Part shown: positions 52,136-64,000 of the stretch, piece after piece
Numbering within the stretch: position 1 is the stretch's first letter
Layout of the letters: every line of letters begins with the position of its first letter
Source: Octopus vulgaris
Taxonomy: Eukaryota
Assembly (NCBI GenBank): GCA_951406725.2
Contig: OX597815.1
Span: forward strand, 114,886,001-114,950,000
Reading direction: 5' to 3'
DNA: 64,000 nt
The notes under the pieces: generated by a model
The model's database searches: none
Told to the model about the DNA's origin: nothing
What the model saw: the letters and a program-made list of their open reading frames with translations, nothing else
Made by a program: the position numbers and the translations under genes

Positions 52136-52669
52136 ATAACTGAAAGAATTTGGAGCCAGCAAGAAGGAGTACAGTTGGACATTTATTTTCAATAATTACA
52201 ATTGCTTCCATGCAACGTAGTTCTCCAGGCTTGTAAGTACTTGATAATGCAACCATTTACCTGCATTACGAGACCTAGTTGTGTTTCCTCAAGTGATATG
52301 TAATTATTGTCTTCGTAAGTTCAAATTCTCAATTTCTAAGGCATCTTCACTGTCTGTCATGGCCTGGAGTTAGTAGCAGCCACTGAGTTTATCAAAGGAT
52401 GTGTTGTGGCAGAGAGTCCACTGGCAAACTGGCCACTACTAACTCCAGGCCATGAGAGACAGAGGATGCCCTTGAAACCGAGAATTTGAACTTATGGAGA
52501 CAATATTTACATACTGTCTGAGGAAAATAGATCTCATAATGCAGGGAAACAGTCGCATAATCAAGTACCTGCATGCCTGAAGAACTATGTTACATGGAAA
52601 CAATTGTAGTGATTGAAAATAAATGTCCAACTCTACTCCTTCTAGTTGACTCCAAATTCTTTCAATTAT
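52136..52669. mobile_element. Long fold-back element (MITE-like), arms about 250 bp
   Basis: 52136-52384 and 52431-52669 are diverged reverse complements, e.g. TTGGACATTTATTTTCAAT / ATTGAAAATAAATGTCCAA and CATGGCCTGGAGTTAGTAG / CTACTAACTCCAGGCCATG. Confidence 0.85.
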
Positions 52670-52936
52670 ATATATATTGTTTTTTTGTCTTTGTTGCTGT
52701 ACACTTTTGCTAGCTTTCTTTCTTACAAAGGGGTCTAATGCTCTTAGCTTAGACTTTTTTTGGAACAACCAGATCGAACCATCTCAAGTGTAACTGTCCA
52801 AAATGTTTGTGACTTCTGGTACTTGACTGATGAAAGAAAGCCAAGAATGACCCGTCTTTTTTTGCCTATCCTTCTAATTGTTGTTTCTCTTGTCTGCCTT
52901 TGTGTTATCTATCTGTCCGAACATTTAATTTCCCCT

Positions 52937-52996
<60 letters not shown>

Positions 52997-53541
52997 CAAT
53001 GGGATTCTTTCAATTTCCATCAAGCAAATCCACTCACAAAGCTTTGGTTGCCCTGTAGCTATAGTTCAAGATACTCACTCAAGGTGCCACACAGTGAAAT
53101 TGAACCCAAAAACCATGTGGTTGGGGAGCAAATTTTTTAACTATGAGAAAATTGCTTTAAGAGTGAAAAAAATAATCTGTCATAATTCATGCTGTTTTAG
53201 CTAGATTTATTCTTGGTAATGTTGAGTTTAAGAATGTTAAACTGAGAAAAGGCTGTTTGTTAATGTTAAGGAATAAACTATGTATTTGCATACAAGACCT
53301 TTTTATTATAAGACAGGAAAAATGGGATTATTGAACTGTTAAAAGTGGATTGGAGAATACAGGCAAAAGTTTAAGAAATGCTGCCCTAAATTAATATTCT
53401 CTACATGTCAGACAACCATGCGAAGCTGCAGATAAACCACAACCATTCTTAATTAATGTCTACAAAAAGATTAAAAAAGAAAAGCCAAGTGAAAGACTAC
53501 ATATATGTATATTACATATATTCATATATATATATATATAC

Positions 53542-53575
<34 letters not shown>

Positions 53576-56500
53576 ACATCATACACATAAATGAGATTTT
53601 GCAGTCTGTTTCACATCACACAAACACTTTGGCACATTAGCAGCAGTCTGGCAATGTTTCTACCTTCATTCAGTGCCATATGCAAGTAAGAAACCAAACA
53701 GTTTATATAGAAATAATATTTGAATATATTACAGGCTTGAAGCATAAACAGCAATATGAAAATGAAAAATATTTGGAACCATGCCAAACACTACACTACA
53801 CAGCTTTACTCTTCTTAACTTCTACATTACTCTATACAACAAAGTAAAGATGGTCGAATCAATAGTGTCAGATTACTAACTGAACGGTTGGTGGGTCCGA
53901 TGGTATCCTGTCACAGACACTTCACTGTGTCTATGGCCAAGATACTTAACTCCTAATGGTTTGGCCCATCCAGCTGTCATTGTTATTGTTGTTGTTTAGC
54001 CCCCTGATTAAACAGACCTTTGATCAAAATGATCAAGAACATTCTGTCTGTGACCATCCTGACGTTTTGCATATATAGAACTGCATTGTGATTTAAGAGA
54101 AATTCAGCTGCAATTTCTAGCCAGCAGAGTCATTGCTTTGAGCTTTTACAGTGTGATGCAAATCATTGCTGTATGCAGCAATTGCATTGTAAAATTAGTA
54201 TTTTGTTAGCTATCAATGATAAGTTCATTCCTTCAGTGAACATAACTTGGAAAGGGGTATTCTCTGTTAACATAACTTAGTCCATATACTCTTTATGGAA
54301 ACAAAATCTTCTGTGGCACTCTTTTCATCCAATGACTTTTGGTGATCAGTTTATAATGATTATGCCATTACACTACATTGCATTATGCAAATAATAAATG
54401 CTACAAGTTCTCCAGGTTATCACAACAAAATAATTTATCTATCACTATCAAAACTGCCTATGCCATCATCTCCACCGCCGCCACCACCACCACCTTCACC
54501 ATCAACAACAACATAGTTAGCAAGGGACTTAGAGGAGAAACATTTTGAAAATCCTTATCACTTGCATTGCAGAAGACAAACAATATGTGTATGTCAGAAT
54601 AGTTATAACATCAATTGCCTAGGCACAAGTACTGGGTTACTAGATTGCTATTACAAATACCAAGTAATAATCTCTGCTATTCTACATTAGTCAAATTCAC
54701 TTTCAAGCTTCTGTTGCTGTTAATGCAGGAATCACAATCTGAATGCAATGTACCCTCAGTATGATACAAGGAATCTATAAAGGTATTCAACAGCTCTCTG
54801 GAGTCTATATAACTTGTAAGTTGTTTTCAAATGTCTGATTATCTAATGATGTTGTATAAATCTATTTAAGTAAGGTTCAGGAACAAAATATGTCATATCA
54901 GAGTGTGCAGTGAAGTACCAGGCCAGACTAGAGCATAGTATATTTGATAAACTGGATCTATTGGTTGGCCTTCAATGTTTAATTGGCTAGTTTTAAGCTC
55001 CAAGTTTATATGTGTAAAGTTCAAGAAATTGAACCCAAAAACCATGTGGTTGTGAAGTAAATTTTTTAACCATGAGAAAATTGCTTTAAGAGTGAAAAAA
55101 ATAATCTTTGTCATAATGCATGTTGGTATGTACAAAGAAGTACCAAATCACTCAAAAGTATATCATATTTGTTGAGCTGGATGTACGGGTTGCTCTTAAT
55201 ATTTTCCTTATCTTTTTATCTCCCTCATATACTTAGAAAAAACAAAATATCTAACTAGATAGGAAATTTGAATTTCACTACATAGACTATCGGTTCAAAT
55301 CTATTCTGGTGTTGTGTAATGGGACAGTATGTTATTTTGTACTACCTTAGTTATTTTGTATTTCTTTTCTTCTAATGGCTTAGTCTGAGATGGAAATGTA
55401 GAGTTCATGATCCAAGTCTGGACATCTGAATCTGGTAGATGGAAGGAAGAAAGCTACCTGCAAATGGGAGATATGGCTGAAATGCTTACAACAAAGTAAA
55501 CTTCTGAGCTCTACTAAAAGCACCCACAAACCAGATGGTTGTGTTAAACCAGGCAACAAATAATATCTTCCATTCAAGAACAGGAATGGTCTCTCTGAAA
55601 GCACTCAGCCAAAGTTCCATGCAGTTGGATCAAACTGGTAAACTACTTAACTATACAGCCATATAAGGACTGGGCCGGAAGTATTTTTGAGAAAGTCCAT
55701 GTAATAGAGTAACTGTTTGTTCAACAGAAGATTTGTCTCTCCTCTCTTAGAGAAACTGGAGTTCAGTATCAGAGTAATTGACTTTTGCCACTAATGTAAA
55801 GATCAACCATTTTAATACCTGAGACCACCTAGTTCTATGATATAGAACAACTTGTGTTAAACTTTATATATTTAAATTAAGACCTTCTATCATAATATTA
55901 AGAATGAATTTTAAGTTATGTTACAAAGACCATATTGATACATCAATGAAATGAGGAAGCCTCTATCTGGCTGATTAAACTGCTTGAAACAGCAACCAAC
56001 CTCAAACTACACTTTACCATCTTAAGTATGCACTGGACAATATTGCCTGTGATAAAAATACAAAAAGGTAGGAGGATCAAGGCTGGAAAGTCTTTGATTG
56101 TAGGCCTTGCTAATGAAGACTGACCTGGATCTAAGCAACAACAACAACCAATAGATGGGAAAATTAAGTATTTTACTAAACCACTTAAAATTTTCAATTA
56201 CTTTAAAAATTAATTGAAACACCTAGAAAATGTTTTTTATGAGAAATATGACCATGAAATATCTTTTATCTTTTACTTGTTTCACTCATTGGACTGCAGC
56301 CATGCAGGGGTACCACCTTAAAGGGATTTAGTCAAACAAATTGACTCCAGTACTTATATTTTACATCTGATATTTATTTTATTGGTTTGCATTGCTAAAC
56401 TGTGAAGTTAAAAGGATGTAAACAAACCAACACTAGTTGTTAAGTTGTAGAGGGAGGAACAAAGAAATATACACACACACACACATGACAGGCTTCCACA

Positions 56501-56722
56501 CAGCATCTATCAAATTTACTCACAAAGCATTGGCTTTAGAGCTATAGTAAAAGGCACTTGCCCAAGGGATCCCACAGTGGGACTAAACCTCAAACCATGT
56601 GGTTGTAAAGCAAACTTCTTAATCACAAAACCATGCCTGTGTCTATCAATTGACAGCAAGAAACTCTGGAACAACTAAATTATGGCAGCAATATAAAAAT
56701 CATAATTCATATATCTACTTAC

Positions 56723-56906
56723 GATTGAGAACAGCAAGTATTAGAGGTGTGTAACCAGTGCCTGCTTCATGGCAGTCTACATTAACATTTGGGCGTCGAC
56801 GTTCATCTGTATTTACACCATTGCTATGAAGAGCAATGACGTTAGCTTGATTGTTTGGACGATCTTTCTTCTTACTTGGATGGCTTCGGTCAGCAAAGAG
56901 GGTTTT
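56723..56906 (-). CDS. Exon A (first visible) of ankyrin-discoidin-SAM gene; KTLFADRSHP...PNVNVDCHEAGTGYTPLILAVLN
   Basis: Boundaries atag|AAAACC...CTCAATC|gtaag; 184 nt; phase 0 in, 1 out. Open frame ending in ankyrin motif GYTPLILAVLN, which resembles ANKS1 '[20 protein letters not shown]'. Confidence 0.9.
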
Positions 56907-59900
56907 CTATAAGTGACCAAACAAAATATAATTCAAGACTTTAGAAAACAAGAATGCTTGAAAAACGTATCATTTATAATTTTGTTACATATAGCTATAA
57001 ACAACAGTTTAAAATTTTTGTACAAGGCCAGTAACTTTAGGGGAGGGGGTAGGTGGTTACATTGACCCTAGTGTTCAACTGGTACTTACTTTATCGACCC
57101 TGAAAGGATTAAAAGCAAAGTCAACCTTGACAAAATTTGAACTCTGAATGCAATGAATTGGAAGAAATAGAGCTAAACATTTTGTTTGTTGCTCTAATGA
57201 TTCTGTCAGCTTGTCACCCTCATACATACATTTAAATATCACAGGGATGTGAGTTTGAGTCTCATGGCTGGCAGCTGACAAATTTTTCTGCAAAATATGG
57301 ATATTTTATCTTGTTCCTGCTTTTCTGTCAACATTATTCTGCATTTGAGAATATATTATTTCCTTATCTGTATATTTAAACAATCCTTTCTACTATAGGC
57401 TCAAGGCCTGAAATTTTGGGATGGGGGATAGTCGATTACATTGACCTCCAGTGTCCAACTGGTATTTATTTTAACAGCCTCAGAAGGATGAAAGGCAAAC
57501 TCAGCCTCAGTAGATGATGATCTCAGAAAGTAAAAACAGATGAAATGCTGTTAAGAGTTATGCCCAGTGTACAAAATATTCTGCCAGCTCACTGCCTTTA
57601 TACATATAAATAATCCTTTCTGCTAAAGGTACAAGGCCTAAAATTTTGGGGGAGGGGACTAGTTGATTATATCAACTCCAGTCTTTCACTGATACTTAAC
57701 TTATTGATCCTGAAAGGATGAAAGGCAAATTCAACTTCAGCAGAATTTGAACTCAGAACGTAAAAACAGATGAAATACTGCTAAGCATTTCACCTGGTGT
57801 GCTAACGATTCTGCCAGTTAACTGCCTTATTTACCAGCATTATAAATAATCAAATCAAGATAGATATGCAATAGTTTTCTAAATATTTAAAATAAATTTT
57901 AAACTTTAAAACGATTTTTGTTTGGATTTTTCATGCAACATACAGCATAACACTACTGATTTTTCACTTGGTTTTCAGAGCATCACTAAGTCAAAAAGAT
58001 TTAGAATCATGTCTCTACTTTCTTAAAAGAATAGACACATTGGTTATTGGAATCTTAAATATATACTATGTCTGTAGAAAATAGAAGAGGCGTTTGTCAT
58101 ATCTGAAACACCTTTGATCAAATATCTGCTCAGTCAGAGCAACCACCAACAACTAGAACTCTGATGTCTTCACCTGCCAGAATAAATAAAAGGTTAAATC
58201 TCAACTGCAATACAAAAAAATTTTTTAAAAAAAGTCCAAAACAGTTTGAGGTGAAATAAACATCATAGTTGCTTTGTTCAAGTAGAAACTGCAGGAGCAG
58301 TTCTTTCTCTTGATGACTAAAACGTCTAAGTAATTTTATCATCAGCAGATATCTCAGGGTTACAAGTGTTTCACTTTTAAGCAAAATACTTGAAACGTTC
58401 ATGGTTAAAGAGTTCAGCTAAACTATATAATATTTCAACACTATATATAATGCATGTTATAAAGTTAATCATTGCATTGATTTAAATTCTATTTTTGATT
58501 TATCTGTATGACAAATCTAGTTCATTTTCCAATAATTTATCTCAGCCAAGAATTTGAATCATCAATGCAAAAGGAGTGGCATGATGACTCAGTTATGAAT
58601 TATTAGTCAAGACCAATCCAACTAGTGTACAATATGGTAGATTTAATTTGTAATTCTCTTAAGGCTACTTTGTCATGTATAGTAAAATTTATGCTTTTCT
58701 AATAAGGTCGTAATATGAGAAAAACATATCCAGAGTTATCTCCCATAGTTACCAAATTAGTAAAACCAATATCAATCATTGACTAATATTGCCTTTTTTT
58801 CACAGCATAATTATTTTTCATTAGCTCACTACACTCAATATGTTATTATGAACTCAACTGTTATTTTTGTGCAGATGGTAATGGTAATTCTGAGTAATTT
58901 ATTCTTAAAAGTATAGTACTTTTCCAAATCAACTAGAGTACAATATTTACTTAGTTATTCTCTCATCAGTATTTTAGTAAGTACTGAGAAATCCATACTT
59001 TGCTGAAGAGGTTTAATATGACTGAAACATACACAGAGTTGTCTCTCATACTTACTGATTTAATTAATCAATATTAGTCACTGGCCAATATATGTTTAAT
59101 CAAATACTGTCTCTTCTCATTGCATGATTATTTCTAATTAGTTACAGCAAGGCAATGAATTAACAGAGTATGAGTGTAGGATAGAATGCCTCTTGCTATT
59201 TGTTCAAATTCTCTGCATTTTGAGTTTAAATGCTGCCAAGATCAACTCTGCAATTCATACTTTAGGGATCAATAAATAAATGCCAAACCAGGGCAGTGGA
59301 TAGAGTAAGATGCCTTACAGTATCTGTTCAAGCTTTTGGTCTTCTGACAGAAAGAGCAATTCCTGTATTGACACTGGTTCCAAGCTGTATAAGCCCAAGT
59401 AAGTAGCTTTTTCCTTAGATAAACATTGGTGTCAAAGAAAGAGAAGACTTACATGCATGGGCAACTGCTAATCTTCCTGAAAAATTCCATGCCCAAGCTG
59501 GCACACCTATGTGCAGATATATGATCAGTTCTAACTAATGGTGGTCCTATTGAACTTAATGCTCATTTTCATTTTTGTCCATTGGAGTGACAAGGACCTC
59601 TGGTTATCCTTTGGGTGACTGATGACTTGTGTGGTAACTTTGTTTAAAGGTGAAAAAGAGTTGTGCACCATCAACCTCGTTCTTGTTGTGACCATCTTCA
59701 ATCCAGTGGAAAGACCAGGTCAAAATGATTGCTGCCTTCCGCAATGCATTGCTGTCAAACCATGAAGGGTTCTTCTGCAGAGTTCACCTGATCCAGTCAT
59801 TATATGTATATGTAGGCAAGCCCTAATATGTTATTTGACCCCTGTCTGTGACTCTTACAGGTGCTACTACTCTGTGTCAGAACAGACCTGGAACAACAGT

Positions 59901-61698
59901 GACTAAGAAGTGATTCCACATCCCTCAAAAACCTTATAACTCCCAAACCAAGGCTCCACTACTGGATGCAGTATAACTTAAAATGCTCATTGTATTAAAT
60001 ATATGTTAACGTTAACTTGACTATTGTTAAACAAAAGAGTCATGAGGAAATGATTGATTCAGACTTAAAATTCTCTCAGCTTTCATTTTGAAGGTGGACC
60101 ATTCTAATATTTTGAATCTGTGAATTATCAGAAATTCAATATATTAAGCCTGTTCTCTTGACATTTGATTTGTTAAACTGAAATAAATGACATAGCCACA
60201 GCTCAACAATGATGACGAAAACAATGGCTATAGCAATGACCATAATGACAACAATAGGAAAATAGATTATTTTCTATTTTAGAATCAAGATTATATTCAG
60301 GATAATGGTGAGCTAAACTGAAATTTTTGTACTACATAAATTACTGTCTTTATGGATTTGAGATCAAATTATACTGAGATATTTTATGAATAAAGTGGAT
60401 ACCAGTAGTTCTAACTAATGAACTTCTATGCAGTCACTCCCTGGCCTACTAGAAATAGCGACCAAATCTCCCTCAAATCACACCACAATCTTAAATAAGA
60501 AGAATACAATGGGCAATGTAATCTCTCATATACAAAAACAAAAGAAAACAGTTTATCACAGTCAGAATGTTTATGGTTATAGGAGTGACCAAAAATTAAA
60601 CAATAACAATAAACAGATACTAGTATTATAATGCTGCCAAAGAGCCATTGGTCATAAATCCTTAAAAAAAGGGTCTCTTTTTATGTAATTTATTTTTTCT
60701 AGAATGTAAGTATACAAGCCGTGAGAAAAATATATTGAGATAAGTCATCTTTACATGAGTTATTTGAAATACCAACCCAGCTATAGATAATAGCTTATAA
60801 TACAAAGGATTGAAAAAAGAGATGATAAGTAGTTGGGTTGGGTTATGAGAGTGTGAAAGGACAGAAAGGCTGGTGTAGTGCATGGAGAGAGGCTGGTGTA
60901 GTGCATGGAGAGTATGGTGGTGGAAAAGGTGTACTGATTTGGTGACTCAAGTGCAGGGCTCAATGTAAAGTTTAAGTGGAGAGGACAGTATTAAGGAGGA
61001 GGTATGTGTATCAAGTGAAAAGGTTCTGGGTAGTCAGAAAGATTAATACTGTCAAGGAAAAAATGCAGTTAAAGAGACGAAAGGTGGTGGGGTTGTTTTG
61101 GGAAGAAATTGGGCAAAGGCTACAGAGCACAGTTGTGTAGCTATATACATACACACATCACTTCTAGAACTTAGTTTCACAGAATAGGTAGGCAGGGTCT
61201 TCCAGAGAATTACATATCACAGGTCATCCTGGTCTCTTCTTCAAAAACAAAACCGAAATCCTTCATGAACCTATGCTAAAACTTTTATATAACTACTCTT
61301 TCTGCTAGATATAATAGCCAAACCTCCCTAATGTGACTTCAATTTGATTTTTTAAAAAGTGGAAGGACATTTTGTAGTAGTTCTAAATACTTAAATTCTG
61401 AAAAAAAATGGGATAGTCATGACTGGAATGCCTTTGATCATGGATCAGCTCAATCTGCCCTGATTGAGCTGATGTGGAAATAAACAATAACAACAGTAAT
61501 TTTGGCAGCATCTACATGGTGACTAGATTAAAGTTTCTAGAGGTGGGGTGCACCCCTCACCAATAGTGAGGGCATGGCAATATTTTTGGTGTGGTTACCT
61601 TAGATTAGAATGGAAGTAAATAACAAGTGAATAAAACTTGCAATAAGGTTTAATTAAAACTTTTGAAAACATAATATATATGTATGTATGTATATGTA

Positions 61699-62135
61699 TA
61701 TGCAAGCTCTGTCTGAAAAATAATGAGACTGGGTGTGCTGTGTGAGCTATGGATGAAAGAGGGATAAGCAGATTGTGTTATCATCTAACATGATATCATG
61801 GGAGTATATAACTGTAAGCTTAGCTTTCTGCAACCATTGCATATCTTTTCACATGCTTTTGTTTACACCTCCTCTTTTTCAGGCCATTCAGCTATGAGCA
61901 CTGAGGAATGAACGATGAACACAGAACAATGAATAGACTTGAAATTTTTGGTCTAGTTGGGGAAAACTCCATCACAAGCACTTGAAATGCTTCAGCAAAT
62001 GTATGGAAATAACTCCATGTCACGTGCACATGTTTTTGAGTGGCACAAGAGATTCAAAGAGGGGTGCAGGGAGGTGGAAGATGACTCCAGGAGCAGAAAG
62101 CCTTCAACAAGCAAGACTGAGGTCAACATCGAGTG
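61699..62135 (+). mobile_element. Mariner transposon 5' fragment (transposase HTH pseudogene)
   Basis: GKTPSQALEMLQQMYGNNSMSRAHVFEWHKRFKEG.EVEDDSRSRKPSTS. In-frame stops follow the ATG at about 61915. Truncated by a SINE. Confidence 0.9.
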
Positions 62136-62432
62136 GTGCAAGCATAACTGTGTGATAGAAAGTTCGATTCCCAATATATGGTTTCAGGTTCAGTTCCACT
62201 GTGTGCCAACTTCTTCTATAGCCTATGGCTAACCAAAGCTTTGTGAGTGGATTTGGTAGACAGAAATTGAAAGAAGCCTTTCGTGTATATATCTATGTAT
62301 CATAATTATCTTCAACAATGTAACAAAATAATAATCAATATTAAAAGCAACTTAAATGATTGTTTTAATAATCAGTCAAACAGAGCTCCTTAATCATTTT
62401 GCTGTATAATGGCATTAAAACTACATTGCCAA

Positions 62433-62471
<39 letters not shown>

Positions 62472-63155
62472 CTAGGTTTGTTCACCACCACTGCTTGACA
62501 ACCAGGATTGGTGTGTTTATAACCCCATAACTTAGTGGTTTTGTAAAAAAAAACACAGTACCAGGCTTTAAAAAAATAGTATTAGGGTTGATTTCTTCAA
62601 CTAAAATTCTTAAGGTGGTGCCCCAGCATGGCCACAGTTTAATAAATGAGACAAGAAAAAGATAAAAGATAAAGGATAAAGATAAAAGATAAAAGAAGCA
62701 CATTGGATAATCTAATCCTTGATATATAAAAAAGAAAAGATGTTCATGGTTGGAATGCCTTTGATGGTATGCCTGCCCAATCAGAGCTGACTTGGAGCTA
62801 ACTGCTAACAACAATAATATGATACCAGAAGAATTTGAACTTTAAGGTCAATAGTCAAGCTCCTTATAACCTATCATTCACCCAGCTCTCGTACTTCCAG
62901 TGTTCCTAACAGACAGAATCTTTCTTAATCTCTCTCTCTCTCTCTCTCATGTCCTTGTGTGGGACATTCATTGCGAGATATTTGAAATTAAATGTCTCAA
63001 ATACTTGTTGAGTGAGAAGGAGACACAGGATACAGTGTAATGATTGCTATGTTTGATAGAGGGTTCAACTTCCAACAAACTTGAGATATCATCAGTAAAT
63101 TTAACAGTATAGAGAACTATTTTGTTGCATGCGCACACATACAGACACACAAATT

Positions 63156-63177
63156 CATACATACATACATACATACA

Positions 63178-63207
<30 letters not shown>
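63156..63207. repeat. (CATA)n microsatellite
   Basis: Direct inspection. Confidence 0.95.
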
Positions 63208-63210
<3 letters not shown>

Positions 63211-63392
63211 GTACGTGCGTGTTTTTCTTCTCCACCACTTGACAAGTGGTATTGGTTTGTTTATGTTGCCATAACTTAGCAGTTCAGCAAATGTGACTGA
63301 TAAAATAAGTATTAGACTTTAAGAAAATAAGTATTGACTTCAACTTGTTTAACTAAACCCTTCATGGCTGCACATTAATGACTGAAAGAAGT

Positions 63393-63510
63393 AATACATA
63401 CATACATACGTACATACATATATACATACATACATACATACATACTTACATACATACATACATACATGCATGCATGCATGCATGCATGCATGCATGCATG
63501 CATGCATACA

Positions 63511-63544
<34 letters not shown>

Positions 63545-63577
63545 CATATACATATAAATATATACATATATATATAT
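63393..63577. repeat. Compound (CATA)n/(CATG)n/(TA)n microsatellite
   Basis: Direct inspection. Confidence 0.95.
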
Positions 63578-63665
63578 TTAATTAGGTGAATGAATTATCC
63601 TAGTATTGATAATTCGGTTAATCGATACCTGGGTAGCAAATTCACGAGGCTGATAGAGGTTCTTT

Positions 63666-63800
63666 GTCTTTCCTGATGAGAAGACAGCATAATGCACCCT
63701 TTATTCCTTCGGAATTAAGAGTATGCAGTCTTTGAAACATGTCTGTACTATCACAACCATCTGATGAACAGCTTTGTGAAACTGATTAACTGTTTGTGAA
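63666..63800 (+). ncRNA. Two tandem type-I hammerhead-ribozyme-like motifs
   Basis: First: CTGATGA(63673)-GAAGACaGCATA...TATGCaGTCTTT-GAAACATGTC. Second: TCACAACCAT-CTGATGA(63761)-ACA gctt TGT-GAAACTGATTA-ACTGTTTGTGA. Confidence 0.6.
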
Positions 63801-63835
63801 GTTTTTCAGCTCTAATAGAATATATATATTATAAT

Positions 63836-63957
63836 AGGCTCGAAACATTAAAGACTTTTTCCACTTCCCGAGCATTAAACTAATACATCCGTTTGTTGTC
63901 TACACCGCCTGTCTTCGTCTTTTGTTTTTGTTTTTTTTTTTTGTGAATTCTCCCCCT
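63836..63957 (+). mobile_element. Penelope-like 3' end fragment starting in a half hammerhead (relative at about 20050-20185 (-))
   Basis: GCTCGAAACATTAAAG...CTAATACA...CCTGTC(T/C)TC is shared with the reverse complement of 20090-20180. Confidence 0.55.
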
Positions 63958-64000
63958 GTATATATCATACACACACACACAGCTGACATGGTAACCTGAT

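Noticed and set aside
58130-58402. ORF containing 'HQEKELLLQ' as a possible first exon (CASKIN begins MGKEQELV)
   Set aside because: There is no suitable phase-0 donor and no A...G...V ankyrin pattern after it. The true first exon probably lies beyond 64000.
59453-59476. 24-nt stretch between AG and GTAAG on the minus strand
   Set aside because: It has a stop in the frame needed to join exon A and lies within a degenerate LINE-like remnant.

Overview
AT-rich, repeat-dense eukaryotic DNA. The SINE and RTE families look like those of a coleoid cephalopod, probably Octopus; this is inferred from recall and not checked against a database. Almost the whole window is the interior of one minus-strand gene. 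I assembled 14 GT-AG exons by hand between 56906 and 2961. They total 1473 nt (491 codons), are phase-consistent and have no stop codon. The start and stop codons appear to lie outside the window. The partial protein reads as a CASKIN/ANKS1-like ankyrin-repeat array, then an F5/8 type C (discoidin/CBM32-like) beta-sandwich where CASKIN has its SH3 domain, then the start of a SAM domain. The introns contain RTE and R4/Dong-type LINE fragments, tRNA-derived SINEs, piggyBac-, mariner- and hAT-type MITEs, and microsatellites. They also hold about a dozen minimal type-I hammerhead-ribozyme-like motifs from several families, often in inverted (fold-back) pairs as in Penelope-like element pseudo-LTRs. 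One of these families carries a tRNA-derived head. Most ORFs in the supplied track are microsatellite or repeat artefacts.
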